From positions 32,001 through 96,000 of the forward strand of contig JBGAJQ010000002.1 in NCBI GenBank assembly GCA_044224875.1: a DNA stretch of 64,000 bases, written 5' to 3'. The notes under the pieces were generated by a model. The model saw only the letters and a list, made by a program, of their open reading frames with translations, had not been told where the DNA came from and searched no databases. Below, in pieces: positions 18,518 to 27,953 of the stretch. The translations under genes were made by a program, and so were the position numbers. The DNA comes from Gemmatimonadaceae bacterium. Lineage in GTDB: Bacteria > Gemmatimonadota > Gemmatimonadetes > Gemmatimonadales > Gemmatimonadaceae. Every line of letters begins with the position of its first letter. Within the stretch, counting starts at the first letter, position 1.

Positions 18518-19573
18518 CTAGAAGTTCCCCCGCCGTTCCTGAAAGTTCGTCGCCTTCCCGAGCAACGGACGCTCGTGCCTGATCCACTCCGCCACCCACA
18601 CCAGTAGCGTCTCCGCCGAAACGGTGGGCGGACCAAACAGCGAACGGCTGCGCGACGTGTTGCTGAGCAGCGCGTCGCTGGCCTCGTGACCCACGAGATG
18701 CACCTGACGATCGAGCAACCGTCCCAGCTCCAGCGCCACCGTGCGGATGGACAATTGTTCCGGACCCGTCACATTCACGACGAATGGAGGGCTGGCCGCC
18801 AGTGGGAGGCACTGTAGCACCTGTGCGCATGCGTCGCCTTGCCAGATCACGTTGGCATACCCCATCTCGACGTCGATCGGCTCGCCACGCCATGCCTTGG
18901 ACGCCACGTCCACCAGCACGCCATATCGCAAGTCGACGGCGTCGTTCAGTCGCACCAACGACACCAACGTTCCGCGAGCCGTCGACGCATGCTCGAATAT
19001 TCGTTCACGGCCAACGCACGTCTCGGCGTATTCGCCAACCGGACCGACAGGGTCGCTCTCTCGCGATCCTGCACTGTCGACGGGTACGAGCGGGTACACG
19101 TTGCCCGTAGAGAGCGCGACGATCCGCGAGCGCGGGAAGCGCTCGGCGACGAGTTGGGGAAGGATGACGTTGGTCATCCACGTTTGGGCCGGCGCGTCCC
19201 GTGTTCCGAACTTCTGGCCCGCCAGGTAAATCACGTTTGGAGCTTCCGGCAGCTTCCATAGCTGGTCGCGGTCCGACAGGTCGGCGGCGATGACGTCCGC
19301 GCCCGTAGCACGGATCCCCTCCACGGTTGCCGTAGAAGCGAAACGAGACACGGCCGTGATCCGTCGTGCGTCGCCTGTCTCGTCGGCTGCGCGCCGGGCC
19401 ATGCGCACGCAGGTCGCCCCCATCTTGCCGCCGGCGCCTAACACCAACACGTCGCCCGGGCAACGCTCAAGGGCTTCAACTACTCCTGCCGTTGGGCGCG
19501 AGAGGAGCTCCTCCAGCTCCTCCACCGAGTGCGGTGCGCTCTGATCGGCTCGTGCGGTCGAGTGGATGGTCAT
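18518..19573 (-). CDS. NAD-dependent epimerase/dehydratase
   Basis: LGAGGKMG, GQKFG, STGNVYP, EYAETC.GRER. Confidence 0.85.
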   Translation of the reverse strand: MTIHSTARADQSAPHSVEELEELLSRPTAGVVEALERCPGDVLVLGAGGKMGATCVRMARRAADETGDARRITAVSRFASTATVEGIRATGADVIAADLSDRDQLWKLPEAPNVIYLAGQKFGTRDAPAQTWMTNVILPQLVAERFPRSRIVALSTGNVYPLVPVDSAGSRESDPVGPVGEYAETCVGRERIFEHASTARGTLVSLVRLNDAVDLRYGVLVDVASKAWRGEPIDVEMGYANVIWQGDACAQVLQCLPLAASPPFVVNVTGPEQLSIRTVALELGRLLDRQVHLVGHEASDALLSNTSRSRSLFGPPTVSAETLLVWVAEWIRHERPLLGKATNFQERRGNF

Positions 19574-19800
19574 GCCGTTGATGTCGGACGGACGAGTGCG
19601 CCGTCAAAACTGCACGTCTTATGCGTCGCGTCGCAAAACGGCTTACGAGCCGAGTGGCCGCAGCGACACAGGGCGATCGGCTTACCAGGCTCCGGAACGT
19701 ACTCGTTGCCGGATCGGTCGACGATGCGCACGAGCGGCGCGTCTTCGACGGAAATCACGTAGGGGCCTCTTTCCTTTACGGTGATCGTAATGGCCGTCAT
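19570..19800 (-). CDS. CDGSH iron-sulfur domain protein
   Basis: GPY..., LCRCGHSARKPFCDATH; stop overlaps the epimerase start. Confidence 0.85.
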   Translation of the reverse strand: MTAITITVKERGPYVISVEDAPLVRIVDRSGNEYVPEPGKPIALCRCGHSARKPFCDATHKTCSFDGALVRPTSTA

Positions 19801-20090
19801 GTGAACGCCCGAATGAGTGTTGAGGACTTCGAGACAAGCTAGCAGGTCGTCTTTTGCCACCCGGCACCTACGGGCCGCACGTCCGCATCCAATCCGGGAC
19901 TCGGCAGGCCCGCCAGCCCCGTCAGGGCGCAGTGAATAGTCGAAATGCTGATGAATTATTGCTGAATTTCCCCAGTAATTCGCTCTTTCCGACTTCTTGG
20001 CGACGTGCTAGCGTACGCTTTCCGAAACTCCGTGACTGTCGGAACCTCGGCGAACGCCGCACGGATTCATCCCCCCGTTCGGACTGCAAT

Positions 20091-22229
20091 ATGACCACGA
20101 AAGTCCACGTTCTCGCGTTTGCGGGAATCTGCTGCGCGTTTGACGGCGTAAGCGCGCAGGAGAAGAAAGACACGGCAGCCGTCGTGCTCGACGCGATGAC
20201 CATTCGTGGTGCGGAAGCGACGATCTCAACACTTCGTGTTCCGCTTGCGGTCACCGTCCTTGGGCCAGAACAACTGAAGTTCTCTCGCGGGTATGGGTTG
20301 GACGAAGCCCTGTCGCGCGTGCCCGGCGTGCTGGCGCAGTCACGGTACGGAAATCAGGACGTCCGCATAACGATCCGAGGCTTCGGAGCGCGTGGCGCTG
20401 GCGATCGATCGAATGCCGGCACCTCACGCGGGATCCGCGTGCTCATCGACGGGATCCCGGAGACTGAGCCCGACGGTCGCACCTCGTTCGACGGCGTTGA
20501 TCTCTCCACGGCCCAACGAATCGACGTCATTCGATCGAATGCGTCTTCGTTGTGGGGGAACGCTGCCGGCGGCCTCGTGAACATCTCCACGCTTCCGCAG
20601 TTCGAAGAGGGCACCTTCGATGCCGGCGTCGAATCCGGCAGCTACGACTTGCGTCGGTGGACACTCCGCGGCGCCAGGAAGCTGGGGACGGCCAAGGTGT
20701 TCGGTGCGGTCAACCAGACGAGCTTCGGAGGTTGGCGCGAGTCGTCATCCAGTCGTCGCTCGCTGCTCAACGCGGGGCTATTTACCGGTGTCGGCGCTGC
20801 CACGCAGGTCGGCGTTTATGCCTATGGCACCAATAACCTGTTCCATATCCCGGGCCCCTTGTCGCGCGCTCAGGCCGATACGGCGCCAGACATGGCCAAC
20901 CCGACGTACCTGTCTCGCCGCGAACGACGCTTCAATCGGCTTGGCCGACTGGGCGTGACCGTGGCGCACCAGGTCGCCGAGGGCCAGAAGGTGTCGGGCA
21001 TGGCATTTGTGAACCCGAAGTACCTGCAGCGATCCGAACGCGGGACGTTCCGCGACTTCACGCGCTACCACACCGGCGGAAACCTTCAGTACACCGCCGC
21101 TGGTCAAGTGAATTCGCGTGTGCGAAGTGTCTTCTCGATTGGGGCCGACGAGGCGTACCAGGATGGTGCGATCCTGTTCTATGGCCTGTCCGCCAGCAAC
21201 AACCGCGGGAGTGACCTGCGCGACAACAAGCGAGAGGGAGCGAACAACGTCGGCGTCTTTGTACAGGAGCAGCTGGACCTGGGGACGCTCACGACACTCA
21301 CCCTTGGCGCGCGCTACGACAACATTCACTACATCTTCCGGTCCTTCATTACCCCAAAGCTCAACGACCAGAAGAACTTCTCCCGCGTCACGCCAAAGAT
21401 CGGGTTGGTCTATCGAGCGACTCCGTCGCATAGTGTGTACGCGAACATCGGCGGAGGTGTGGAAGCACCCGCTGGCAACGAGACTGACCCTGCGGGAACG
21501 TTCGGTCAGGATACGATCTCTGGCATCAATCCACTCCTGGAGCCGATCAGGTCCACCACCTATGAAGTCGGCACGAAGTATGTGTCTGGGAGTCTTGGCT
21601 GGATCACATCGTTCTCGTACGACCTGGCGGCCTACCAGACCGATGTGACGAACGAGATCGTTCCATATCGCGGCGGTCGATTCTACTTCACGGCCGCCAA
21701 GGCTCGACGCCGCGGACTGGAAGCGGCTGTTGGTGCCGTGGGCGCACACGGCATTGCGATGGATGCCGCCCTTACCGTCAGCGACAACAAGTACCAGAAC
21801 TACCACGTCGACTCGGTTCACTACTCTTCGGCACTCGCCGGTCACTTGGCCGACTACTCCGGCAACAACGTGGTGGGCGTTCCCAGCCTGTATGGCAGCG
21901 CGAACCTCCGCGTCGCACCACCCGCGCTGCGTGGCGCCGGTTTCCGAGTTGGTGTGTTAGGCATCGGGAAGTACTACGCGGACGACGCCAATCGGGTCGC
22001 CGTGCCCGGGTATGCGATCGTCAACCTCGCGCTGACCTATGGTCCGGCGGTCCGGATTGACCGATCAGTGGGTGCCCGAGTGCTCATCGGCGTCAACAAT
22101 ATCTTTGACCGCGCCTATATCGGCTCGGCGTTCCTCAACCCCGACGTCGTGGGTGGCGTGCCACTCGCGTTCGAGCCGGGCCTGCCGCGCAACGTGGTGG
22201 TCTCCGTTTCACTGGAGCGCCTGCGCTAG
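20091..22229 (+). CDS. TonB-dependent receptor, YncD/PqqU-like
   Basis: Plug motif RGFGAR..RGIRVLIDGIPETEPDG..SSLWGNAAGG; C-terminal FEPGLPRN. Confidence 0.85.
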   Translation: MTTKVHVLAFAGICCAFDGVSAQEKKDTAAVVLDAMTIRGAEATISTLRVPLAVTVLGPEQLKFSRGYGLDEALSRVPGVLAQSRYGNQDVRITIRGFGARGAGDRSNAGTSRGIRVLIDGIPETEPDGRTSFDGVDLSTAQRIDVIRSNASSLWGNAAGGLVNISTLPQFEEGTFDAGVESGSYDLRRWTLRGARKLGTAKVFGAVNQTSFGGWRESSSSRRSLLNAGLFTGVGAATQVGVYAYGTNNLFHIPGPLSRAQADTAPDMANPTYLSRRERRFNRLGRLGVTVAHQVAEGQKVSGMAFVNPKYLQRSERGTFRDFTRYHTGGNLQYTAAGQVNSRVRSVFSIGADEAYQDGAILFYGLSASNNRGSDLRDNKREGANNVGVFVQEQLDLGTLTTLTLGARYDNIHYIFRSFITPKLNDQKNFSRVTPKIGLVYRATPSHSVYANIGGGVEAPAGNETDPAGTFGQDTISGINPLLEPIRSTTYEVGTKYVSGSLGWITSFSYDLAAYQTDVTNEIVPYRGGRFYFTAAKARRRGLEAAVGAVGAHGIAMDAALTVSDNKYQNYHVDSVHYSSALAGHLADYSGNNVVGVPSLYGSANLRVAPPALRGAGFRVGVLGIGKYYADDANRVAVPGYAIVNLALTYGPAVRIDRSVGARVLIGVNNIFDRAYIGSAFLNPDVVGGVPLAFEPGLPRNVVVSVSLERLR

Positions 22230-22660
22230 GCGCGCAGGTAATCCGGACGCCACCCTCGAACCGCCTTCTTGATGTCCGTGTGGGTCGGGAATTCGCCCGA
22301 GGCGGCCCGGCGCACCAGATCCGGCAACTCGGCGTCCGACGCGAATCGCAGCGCCACCATCTGGCGCGGTGACAAATCCGAAATCGCTCCGTGCAAGTCC
22401 GCCGGCAGCACACGTTGCATCCGGAGCGTCTCTTCCAGCCGGATCACGCGGTCCTGCACGCGCAACGCCATCACACGCGCACTCAGGATTCCGGCGACAA
22501 TCGCCCATGCGACGAGCGCGGACCAAAGCTGACCGGTGCCTGGCGAGCGGATCAGATAGTAGGTCTGCATGGCGGCGTGCGCGGCCACGATGGGGAACGC
22601 GAAGAAGTGGAACAGCGGGAAGTAGCGCGTGTGGTTCGCGAAGGTCTGCGAGTCGGCCAT
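22226..22660 (-). CDS. DUF6526-like membrane protein
   Basis: NHTRYFPLFHF, QDRVIRLEE, ALRFASDAEL, IKKAV..WRPD. Confidence 0.75.
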   Translation of the reverse strand: MADSQTFANHTRYFPLFHFFAFPIVAAHAAMQTYYLIRSPGTGQLWSALVAWAIVAGILSARVMALRVQDRVIRLEETLRMQRVLPADLHGAISDLSPRQMVALRFASDAELPDLVRRAASGEFPTHTDIKKAVRGWRPDYLRA

Positions 22661-22736
22661 GACGGTGTCTCGAGAGAGTTAGGATCGCTTCAAGGACGGC
22701 GTCCCGACCGTCGGCCGGGCGTTACAGAGATATTGT

Positions 22737-23183
22737 TCACGAATTGCGGCTGGCGATAGCGGCGCGGGCGAAATGCTTGAGCCGCGCCACAATCGCCTCC
22801 AGCCCAACCTCCCGAGTACCCAATCCAATACTCTGCATCACCATCCGAACGAAGTCGGAAGGAATGCCGATGGTGACTTCGGGGGGCTGCCCATTCACGG
22901 CCGAAAAGACCAGGGCGAGGAATGCCGCAACGGTGGGCGACTGTCGCGCATCAATCTGCGCGTGGAACTGCATGCGACCATCCAGAACCTCGGCGAAGAG
23001 ACGGAGCGGCGTCTGGCACTCCGGAACCTCAGACTCCGCGCCCGCTTGAGCGAGTAAGCGCTCTGGTGCCGCCGGAAGCTTGCGCGCCAGCCCCACCAAG
23101 GCCTGCATCTTCTCCTCGCGGCCCAACGAGGAGAACCGAGTAAGCACCTTTTCGATTGTCGGTGGAAGGTCATCCGATGACAT
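22737..23183 (-). CDS. SufE family Fe-S sulfur acceptor
   Basis: ARKLP, VPECQTP (acceptor Cys), R..GL. Confidence 0.75.
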   Translation of the reverse strand: MSSDDLPPTIEKVLTRFSSLGREEKMQALVGLARKLPAAPERLLAQAGAESEVPECQTPLRLFAEVLDGRMQFHAQIDARQSPTVAAFLALVFSAVNGQPPEVTIGIPSDFVRMVMQSIGLGTREVGLEAIVARLKHFARAAIASRNS

Positions 23184-23446
23184 CAGTTACTCGCCTAAGG
23201 AACGTTCTCGTGACGCTAATAGGGGATGCGTGCAATTGCCGCCCCGGTTCGCGTATCCATTGGCCACGTTGCCCCTGTCCTCGACTCCCACGACGCCTCG
23301 TCAGTTCACCCCTGGACCCCACTTCGGCAACGCATTCTCGTTGTCACCCCAGCCATGGACCACCGTCAACGAGGCACCGCGTCTACAGCTAAGCCCTGAG
23401 CCCTAGATTGGCAAAACCGGGCGCCGACCGTCCGCTGCATCTGGCA

Positions 23447-23468
23447 ATTAATTAATCGCTTAATTAAT
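23447..23468. promoter_or_regulatory. Putative TetR operator
   Basis: Perfect AT-rich inverted repeat ATTAATTAA-TCGC-TTAATTAAT ending 7 nt before the TetR ATG. Confidence 0.7.
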
Positions 23469-23475
23469 ATCCAGC

Positions 23476-24240
23476 ATGCCGTCCCGCCGACTCGACACGC
23501 CACGGAAACGCCGCGGACGCCCTCGCCACTCCGCGGCGCGGTCGCCGGACGACAAGGCGCTGACCGACCTCGACGCCAAGCGGCGCATCCTGGACGCCGC
23601 GGAGCAGCTCTTCGCCGACCGCGGCTTCACCGCCACCACCATCAAGCACATCGCCGATCGCGCGTCGGTGAACAGTGCCCTCCTGTATTACTACTTCGGC
23701 AGCAAGGAGCGCCTTTACACCTCGTGCGTGGAGCGCTTCGTGATGCAGCTGGCGGATACCGTCGACCAGCAGGTCGAACCGTCAGCATCCAGCGACGACG
23801 TGATTCGCGCCATTGTCGGCGCGCAAGCCTCGATGATCGTGCGCAAGCCTTACTTGCCCAAGCTCCTGGTGCGTGAGATGGTCGATGCCGAAGCCGCGCA
23901 CGTCGTGGGTGCACTCAACGAACTCTCGCATCGCATGTTCCGCCGTCTGCGCTCGGCGATTGAACAAGGGCAGGCCGACGGTCGGTATCGCGGCGACCTG
24001 AATCCCACGTTCGCCGCCGTCTCCACCATCTCCCAGGTGGCGTACCTTGCCATGGCGCGCCCGCTCGTGGGCATCGTCCTCGGTCGCGGCTCCGGGGGCA
24101 TAGGCGATGACGAGCTCACCGCCTTTGCGCGACACGCCAGCGACTTTGCCATCGCCGCCCTGCGTGCCACGCCAAATACCAGGAAGCCTAGTCGACCCGA
24201 CCGACGACAACGCCCGAACCCGCACTCATCGTCCGCATGA
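23476..24240 (+). CDS. TetR/AcrR family regulator (CecR-like context)
   Basis: RILDAAEQLFADRGF..TTIKHIA...LLYYYFGSKE HTH. Confidence 0.9.
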   Translation: MPSRRLDTPRKRRGRPRHSAARSPDDKALTDLDAKRRILDAAEQLFADRGFTATTIKHIADRASVNSALLYYYFGSKERLYTSCVERFVMQLADTVDQQVEPSASSDDVIRAIVGAQASMIVRKPYLPKLLVREMVDAEAAHVVGALNELSHRMFRRLRSAIEQGQADGRYRGDLNPTFAAVSTISQVAYLAMARPLVGIVLGRGSGGIGDDELTAFARHASDFAIAALRATPNTRKPSRPDRRQRPNPHSSSA

Positions 24241-25235
24241 GCCCGACCAGAAATCCAAACACTCGTCACGTGCTCGTCGTCACCCTGCTTCTGGCCGGGA
24301 TCTCCTGCGCCCGCGGACCAGCCGAGGTTCAAGCTGTCGGCACCGTGGAAATGACGGAAACCGACATTGCCGCCACCGTCCCCGCTCGCATCGTACGCGT
24401 CTTCCGCGACGAAGGGGACACGGTGCATCGCGGCGACACGCTGGTGACCCTCTCCCAGGCGACGTTAGGCGCTGATCTCGACCAACGGCGCGCGCGTGTG
24501 GCCGCTGCCGAAGCCGACCTCCGCGACCTCGAAGCCGGCGCGCGGCCGGCCGAGCGCGAACGGGCGCAAGCTGAGCTACGTAGCGCCGAGGCCGATGCCG
24601 ACCGCGCGCGCCGCGATGTCGAACGATTGCGGGCCCTCGCCGCTGCGGGCCACATCAGTCAGTCGCAGCTGGACAACGCCGAAGCCGTCGCCAAGGTAGC
24701 GACCGGCCGCCGCGATGCCGTCGCGGATGCGCTGCGGCTCGTCGACGAAGGCGCTCGCCCCGATCGCATTCGAGCCGCTCGGGCGGGACTCGCCAATGCG
24801 CGCGCCCAACTGGCCATGGCAGAGGCGACCGCCGCTGACCTCGTCCTCACCTCGCCCGTCGATGGCATCGTCCTCGGCCGGTACGCGGAACCGGGTGAGG
24901 TACTGCCCGCCGCCATCCCGGCTTTGTCGTTAGGCCAGCCGAAAACGCTTTGGGTGCGCGTGTACGTGGCGGCCCCGCAGCTCGCCGCCCTCCGCCTAGG
25001 GCAGGAGGCTAACGTCCGCGTCTCCGGCGCCGACGGTCAAACCGTTCGCGGCCGGATTTCGGCTATCGCTACGAGCGCGGAATTCACGCCGCGCGTTGCC
25101 CTCACGGAAAAGGAACGCGCCGACCTGCTCTTCGGGGTAAAAGTGGAGCTGACGGACACCGCAGCGGTGGTGAAGCCGGGCCTTCCGGTCACTGTCAGCT
25201 TCACCACGACAGCTACCGGTGGCCGGGGTGAGTAG
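24237..25235 (+). CDS. HlyD/YbhG family membrane fusion protein
   Basis: Lipoyl half-motifs, coiled coil with GAR repeats, AEFTP, KPGLPV. Confidence 0.9.
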   Translation: MSPTRNPNTRHVLVVTLLLAGISCARGPAEVQAVGTVEMTETDIAATVPARIVRVFRDEGDTVHRGDTLVTLSQATLGADLDQRRARVAAAEADLRDLEAGARPAERERAQAELRSAEADADRARRDVERLRALAAAGHISQSQLDNAEAVAKVATGRRDAVADALRLVDEGARPDRIRAARAGLANARAQLAMAEATAADLVLTSPVDGIVLGRYAEPGEVLPAAIPALSLGQPKTLWVRVYVAAPQLAALRLGQEANVRVSGADGQTVRGRISAIATSAEFTPRVALTEKERADLLFGVKVELTDTAAVVKPGLPVTVSFTTTATGGRGE

Positions 25236-26052
25236 CGGCGCGGTGGGCCCTCCGCCACCTCCCGCGACCGAAGGGTCGGCGGATGCCGTCAGCACCACGG
25301 GGCTGCGAAAGACGTTTGGCCATCTCGTCGCCGTCGAGGGGCTGGACCTCCGCATCCACCGCGGGGAGGTCTTCGGACTTCTCGGTCCCAACGGCTCCGG
25401 CAAGACGACCACCATCCGGATGCTCTGCGGCCTGCTCGAGCCAACAGCGGGGACCGCGGTCGTCGTCGGCTACAACGTCAGCACGCAGCGTGAGCTCATC
25501 CGCCGCCGCATCGGCTACATGTCGCAACGCTTTGGACTATACGACGACCTGACGGTGCGTGAGAACATCCTGTTCTATGCCCGGGTGTACGGCCTACGCG
25601 GCGTTCCCCTGCGTAGCCGCGTCGAGGAACAGCTCGACGACCTCGCCTTGCGCGCTCGCGAGTCGCAGCTGGCGGGAACCCTCAGTGGAGGGTGGAAGCA
25701 ACGTCTGGCACTCGCCTGTTCAACGGCGCATCACCCTGACATGCTCTTCCTCGACGAGCCAACCGCGGGCGTCGATCCGGCCTCGCGCCGCCTGTTCTGG
25801 CAACTCATCTATGCCCTGGCGCAACGCGGCACCACCATCCTCGTCACCACCCACTACATGGACGAGGCCGAGCGTTGCCAACGCCTGGCGTTCCTATCCC
25901 GCGGGCGCCTCATTGCCCTGGGCACCGCGGCCGAAGTGACCGCGTCGTTCGGCCAGCCGACCATTGAAGACGTCTTCATCGCGTTGCAGGCGCGCGACGA
26001 AACAGACACCGCGCGCATCCTCAACGGCGCCACACGCGCCACACCCACGTGA
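25228..26052 (+). CDS. ABC transporter ATP-binding protein
   Basis: GPNGSGKTT, LSGGWKQR, LDEPTAGVD, THYMDEAE. Confidence 0.95.
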   Translation: MSSGAVGPPPPPATEGSADAVSTTGLRKTFGHLVAVEGLDLRIHRGEVFGLLGPNGSGKTTTIRMLCGLLEPTAGTAVVVGYNVSTQRELIRRRIGYMSQRFGLYDDLTVRENILFYARVYGLRGVPLRSRVEEQLDDLALRARESQLAGTLSGGWKQRLALACSTAHHPDMLFLDEPTAGVDPASRRLFWQLIYALAQRGTTILVTTHYMDEAERCQRLAFLSRGRLIALGTAAEVTASFGQPTIEDVFIALQARDETDTARILNGATRATPT

Positions 26053-26068
26053 GCCTGGTGCGCGGCGC

Positions 26069-27193
26069 ATGACGCTATTCTCGCGTGTTCGCTCCTCGCC
26101 GTTCTGGCCCATGCTCTGGAAAGAGTTCATCCAGATGCGGCGCGATCGCTTGACGCTCGCCATGATGATCGGCATTCCGACGGTGCAAATCCTCATCTTC
26201 GGCTATGCCATCCGAACAGAGGTGCGGCATCTTCCCACCGTGGTGCTGGATGAAGCGCGGGGTGCCCAAAGCCGCGCACTCGTTCAGGCCATGGCAAACA
26301 CCCGCAACTTCGACATCGTCGGTGACGTGTCCAGCCGCGAGGCCATGCGTGCCGCCATCGAACGCGGCGATGCCCGGGCTGCCGTGGTCATTCCGCCCGA
26401 TTACACCAGGCAGCTGAAACGCCATCGCACGGCCACGGCTCAGGTGATCATCGACGCGGCGGATCCGCTGGCCTCCACGGCGGCGATTTCTGCCGCGGCG
26501 CTCGCCGCTCGCACCATCACCACCTCCGCGAATGCCGCTCGCGGCGAACCCATCCTCGACGTTCGCGTCAGGCCCTGGTACAACCCAGCGCTCGAGAGCG
26601 CGGTGTTCATCGTACCGGGCGTGGCGGCACTCCTGCTGACCCTGACACTGTTGCTGCTGACGGCAATGGCGATCGTGCGTGAACGCGAGCGGGGGACCCT
26701 TGAACAACTGATCGTCACGCCCATCACGCGCAGTGGACTCATGCTGGGGAAGCTCCTCCCCTTCGTGCTCGTGGGCTACGTGCAGATGACCGTGATCCTC
26801 TTTCTCGGTCACTTCGTCTTCAACGTCCCGCTACGCGGCAGCATCCCCCTGCTGTACGCGTTGTCGCTCCTCTTCATCATCGCCAGTCTTGCCCTCGGAC
26901 TCTTCGTGTCCACCCTCGTCCGCACGCAGGGTCAGGCGATGCAGCTGTCGTTCATGATCATCCTGCCAACGATCCTGCTCTCGGGCTTCATGTTCCCCCG
27001 AGAGGCCATGCCACCGCTTGCTCAGTGGATCGGTAACCTCTTTCCCATCACGTACTACCTCCGCATCCTGCGCGGCATCCTGCTCAAGGGCGCTGGGCTC
27101 GACGCGGTGTGGAAAGACGTGGCGGCCCTCGGCGCATTCGCGGTCGTGTTGATCACGTTCAGCGCTCTGCGCTTCCGAAAGACACTCGACTAG
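26069..27193 (+). CDS. ABC-2 transporter permease (YbhS/YbhR-like)
   Basis: KEFIQMRRD, WYNP, IVRERERGTLEQL, LSGFMFP. Confidence 0.9.
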   Translation: MTLFSRVRSSPFWPMLWKEFIQMRRDRLTLAMMIGIPTVQILIFGYAIRTEVRHLPTVVLDEARGAQSRALVQAMANTRNFDIVGDVSSREAMRAAIERGDARAAVVIPPDYTRQLKRHRTATAQVIIDAADPLASTAAISAAALAARTITTSANAARGEPILDVRVRPWYNPALESAVFIVPGVAALLLTLTLLLLTAMAIVRERERGTLEQLIVTPITRSGLMLGKLLPFVLVGYVQMTVILFLGHFVFNVPLRGSIPLLYALSLLFIIASLALGLFVSTLVRTQGQAMQLSFMIILPTILLSGFMFPREAMPPLAQWIGNLFPITYYLRILRGILLKGAGLDAVWKDVAALGAFAVVLITFSALRFRKTLD

Positions 27194-27197
27194 CCGC

Positions 27198-27827
27198 TCA
27201 ACGCGGACGCGTCATCGACGAAAAATGGCGTACCCAGCCGACGCGGGCCGTCCAGCGACTTACATCCGTGACTCCCTGCACGCGACCCTCGAGCCAGACC
27301 GAGTGTCGGCCGGCAGGCCCAATCCACCGCTCGACACCCACGCCCGCAGTGGCACCAAATCGGTTGGCGTTGTAGCGCTGGTCGAGCGGGAGCGTGCCAA
27401 AGGAACTCGATAGGGCGTGGACGGCGAGCCCGACTGAGGCGTACGGAACGAGTCTCGACGTTGACGATCCGCCCAAGAGTCGAAGGGACACGGTCCCGGC
27501 CAGGTCGTACACAGTGGACTTGTAGCTCTCGTCGTCCTGCGGCACGTACTCGCGATGAGGACCGGCAAACCACACGGCGTCCCCAGTCAGGCGAACGCGC
27601 GGAGTCCAGATCCAGCCAAGGTCCACCAGCGCGCCTACCTCACCCCCCGTGACGTCGTGCGAAGCGCGCCCGCCACCAGCGAAAACCCCAACCCCCCCTG
27701 ATGCAGTCACACCGACGTGGGCGCGGGTCGCTTGCGCGCCGATGGAGCCAACGGTCGGGCCCGCCACCGGCAGAAGCACCAGCTCGATCAATACGAGCAG
27801 ACCTCGGGTATCAGCTCTCCATTCCAT
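27198..27827 (-). CDS. Outer-membrane beta-barrel protein (putative)
   Basis: Signal-like N-terminus; alternating amphipathic strands, VPYASVGL, GATAGVGVE. Confidence 0.6.
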   Translation of the reverse strand: MEWRADTRGLLVLIELVLLPVAGPTVGSIGAQATRAHVGVTASGGVGVFAGGGRASHDVTGGEVGALVDLGWIWTPRVRLTGDAVWFAGPHREYVPQDDESYKSTVYDLAGTVSLRLLGGSSTSRLVPYASVGLAVHALSSSFGTLPLDQRYNANRFGATAGVGVERWIGPAGRHSVWLEGRVQGVTDVSRWTARVGWVRHFSSMTRPR

Positions 27828-27953
27828 GAGACGATCCTATTGAATGTCAGGGGAGAACGCACCGGGTACGAGTCCACTGGACACGCGAGGGCGTCCGCGT
27901 AGCGCAGCTCGTTCACGTTGCGTCGTCGCCGCTCCATGCGTTATTGCATTGAT

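Noticed and set aside
18935..18955. Epimerase RLNDAVD where I recall RLNYA in the family
   Set aside because: Single-base difference; cannot tell a variant from an error without alignment or reads
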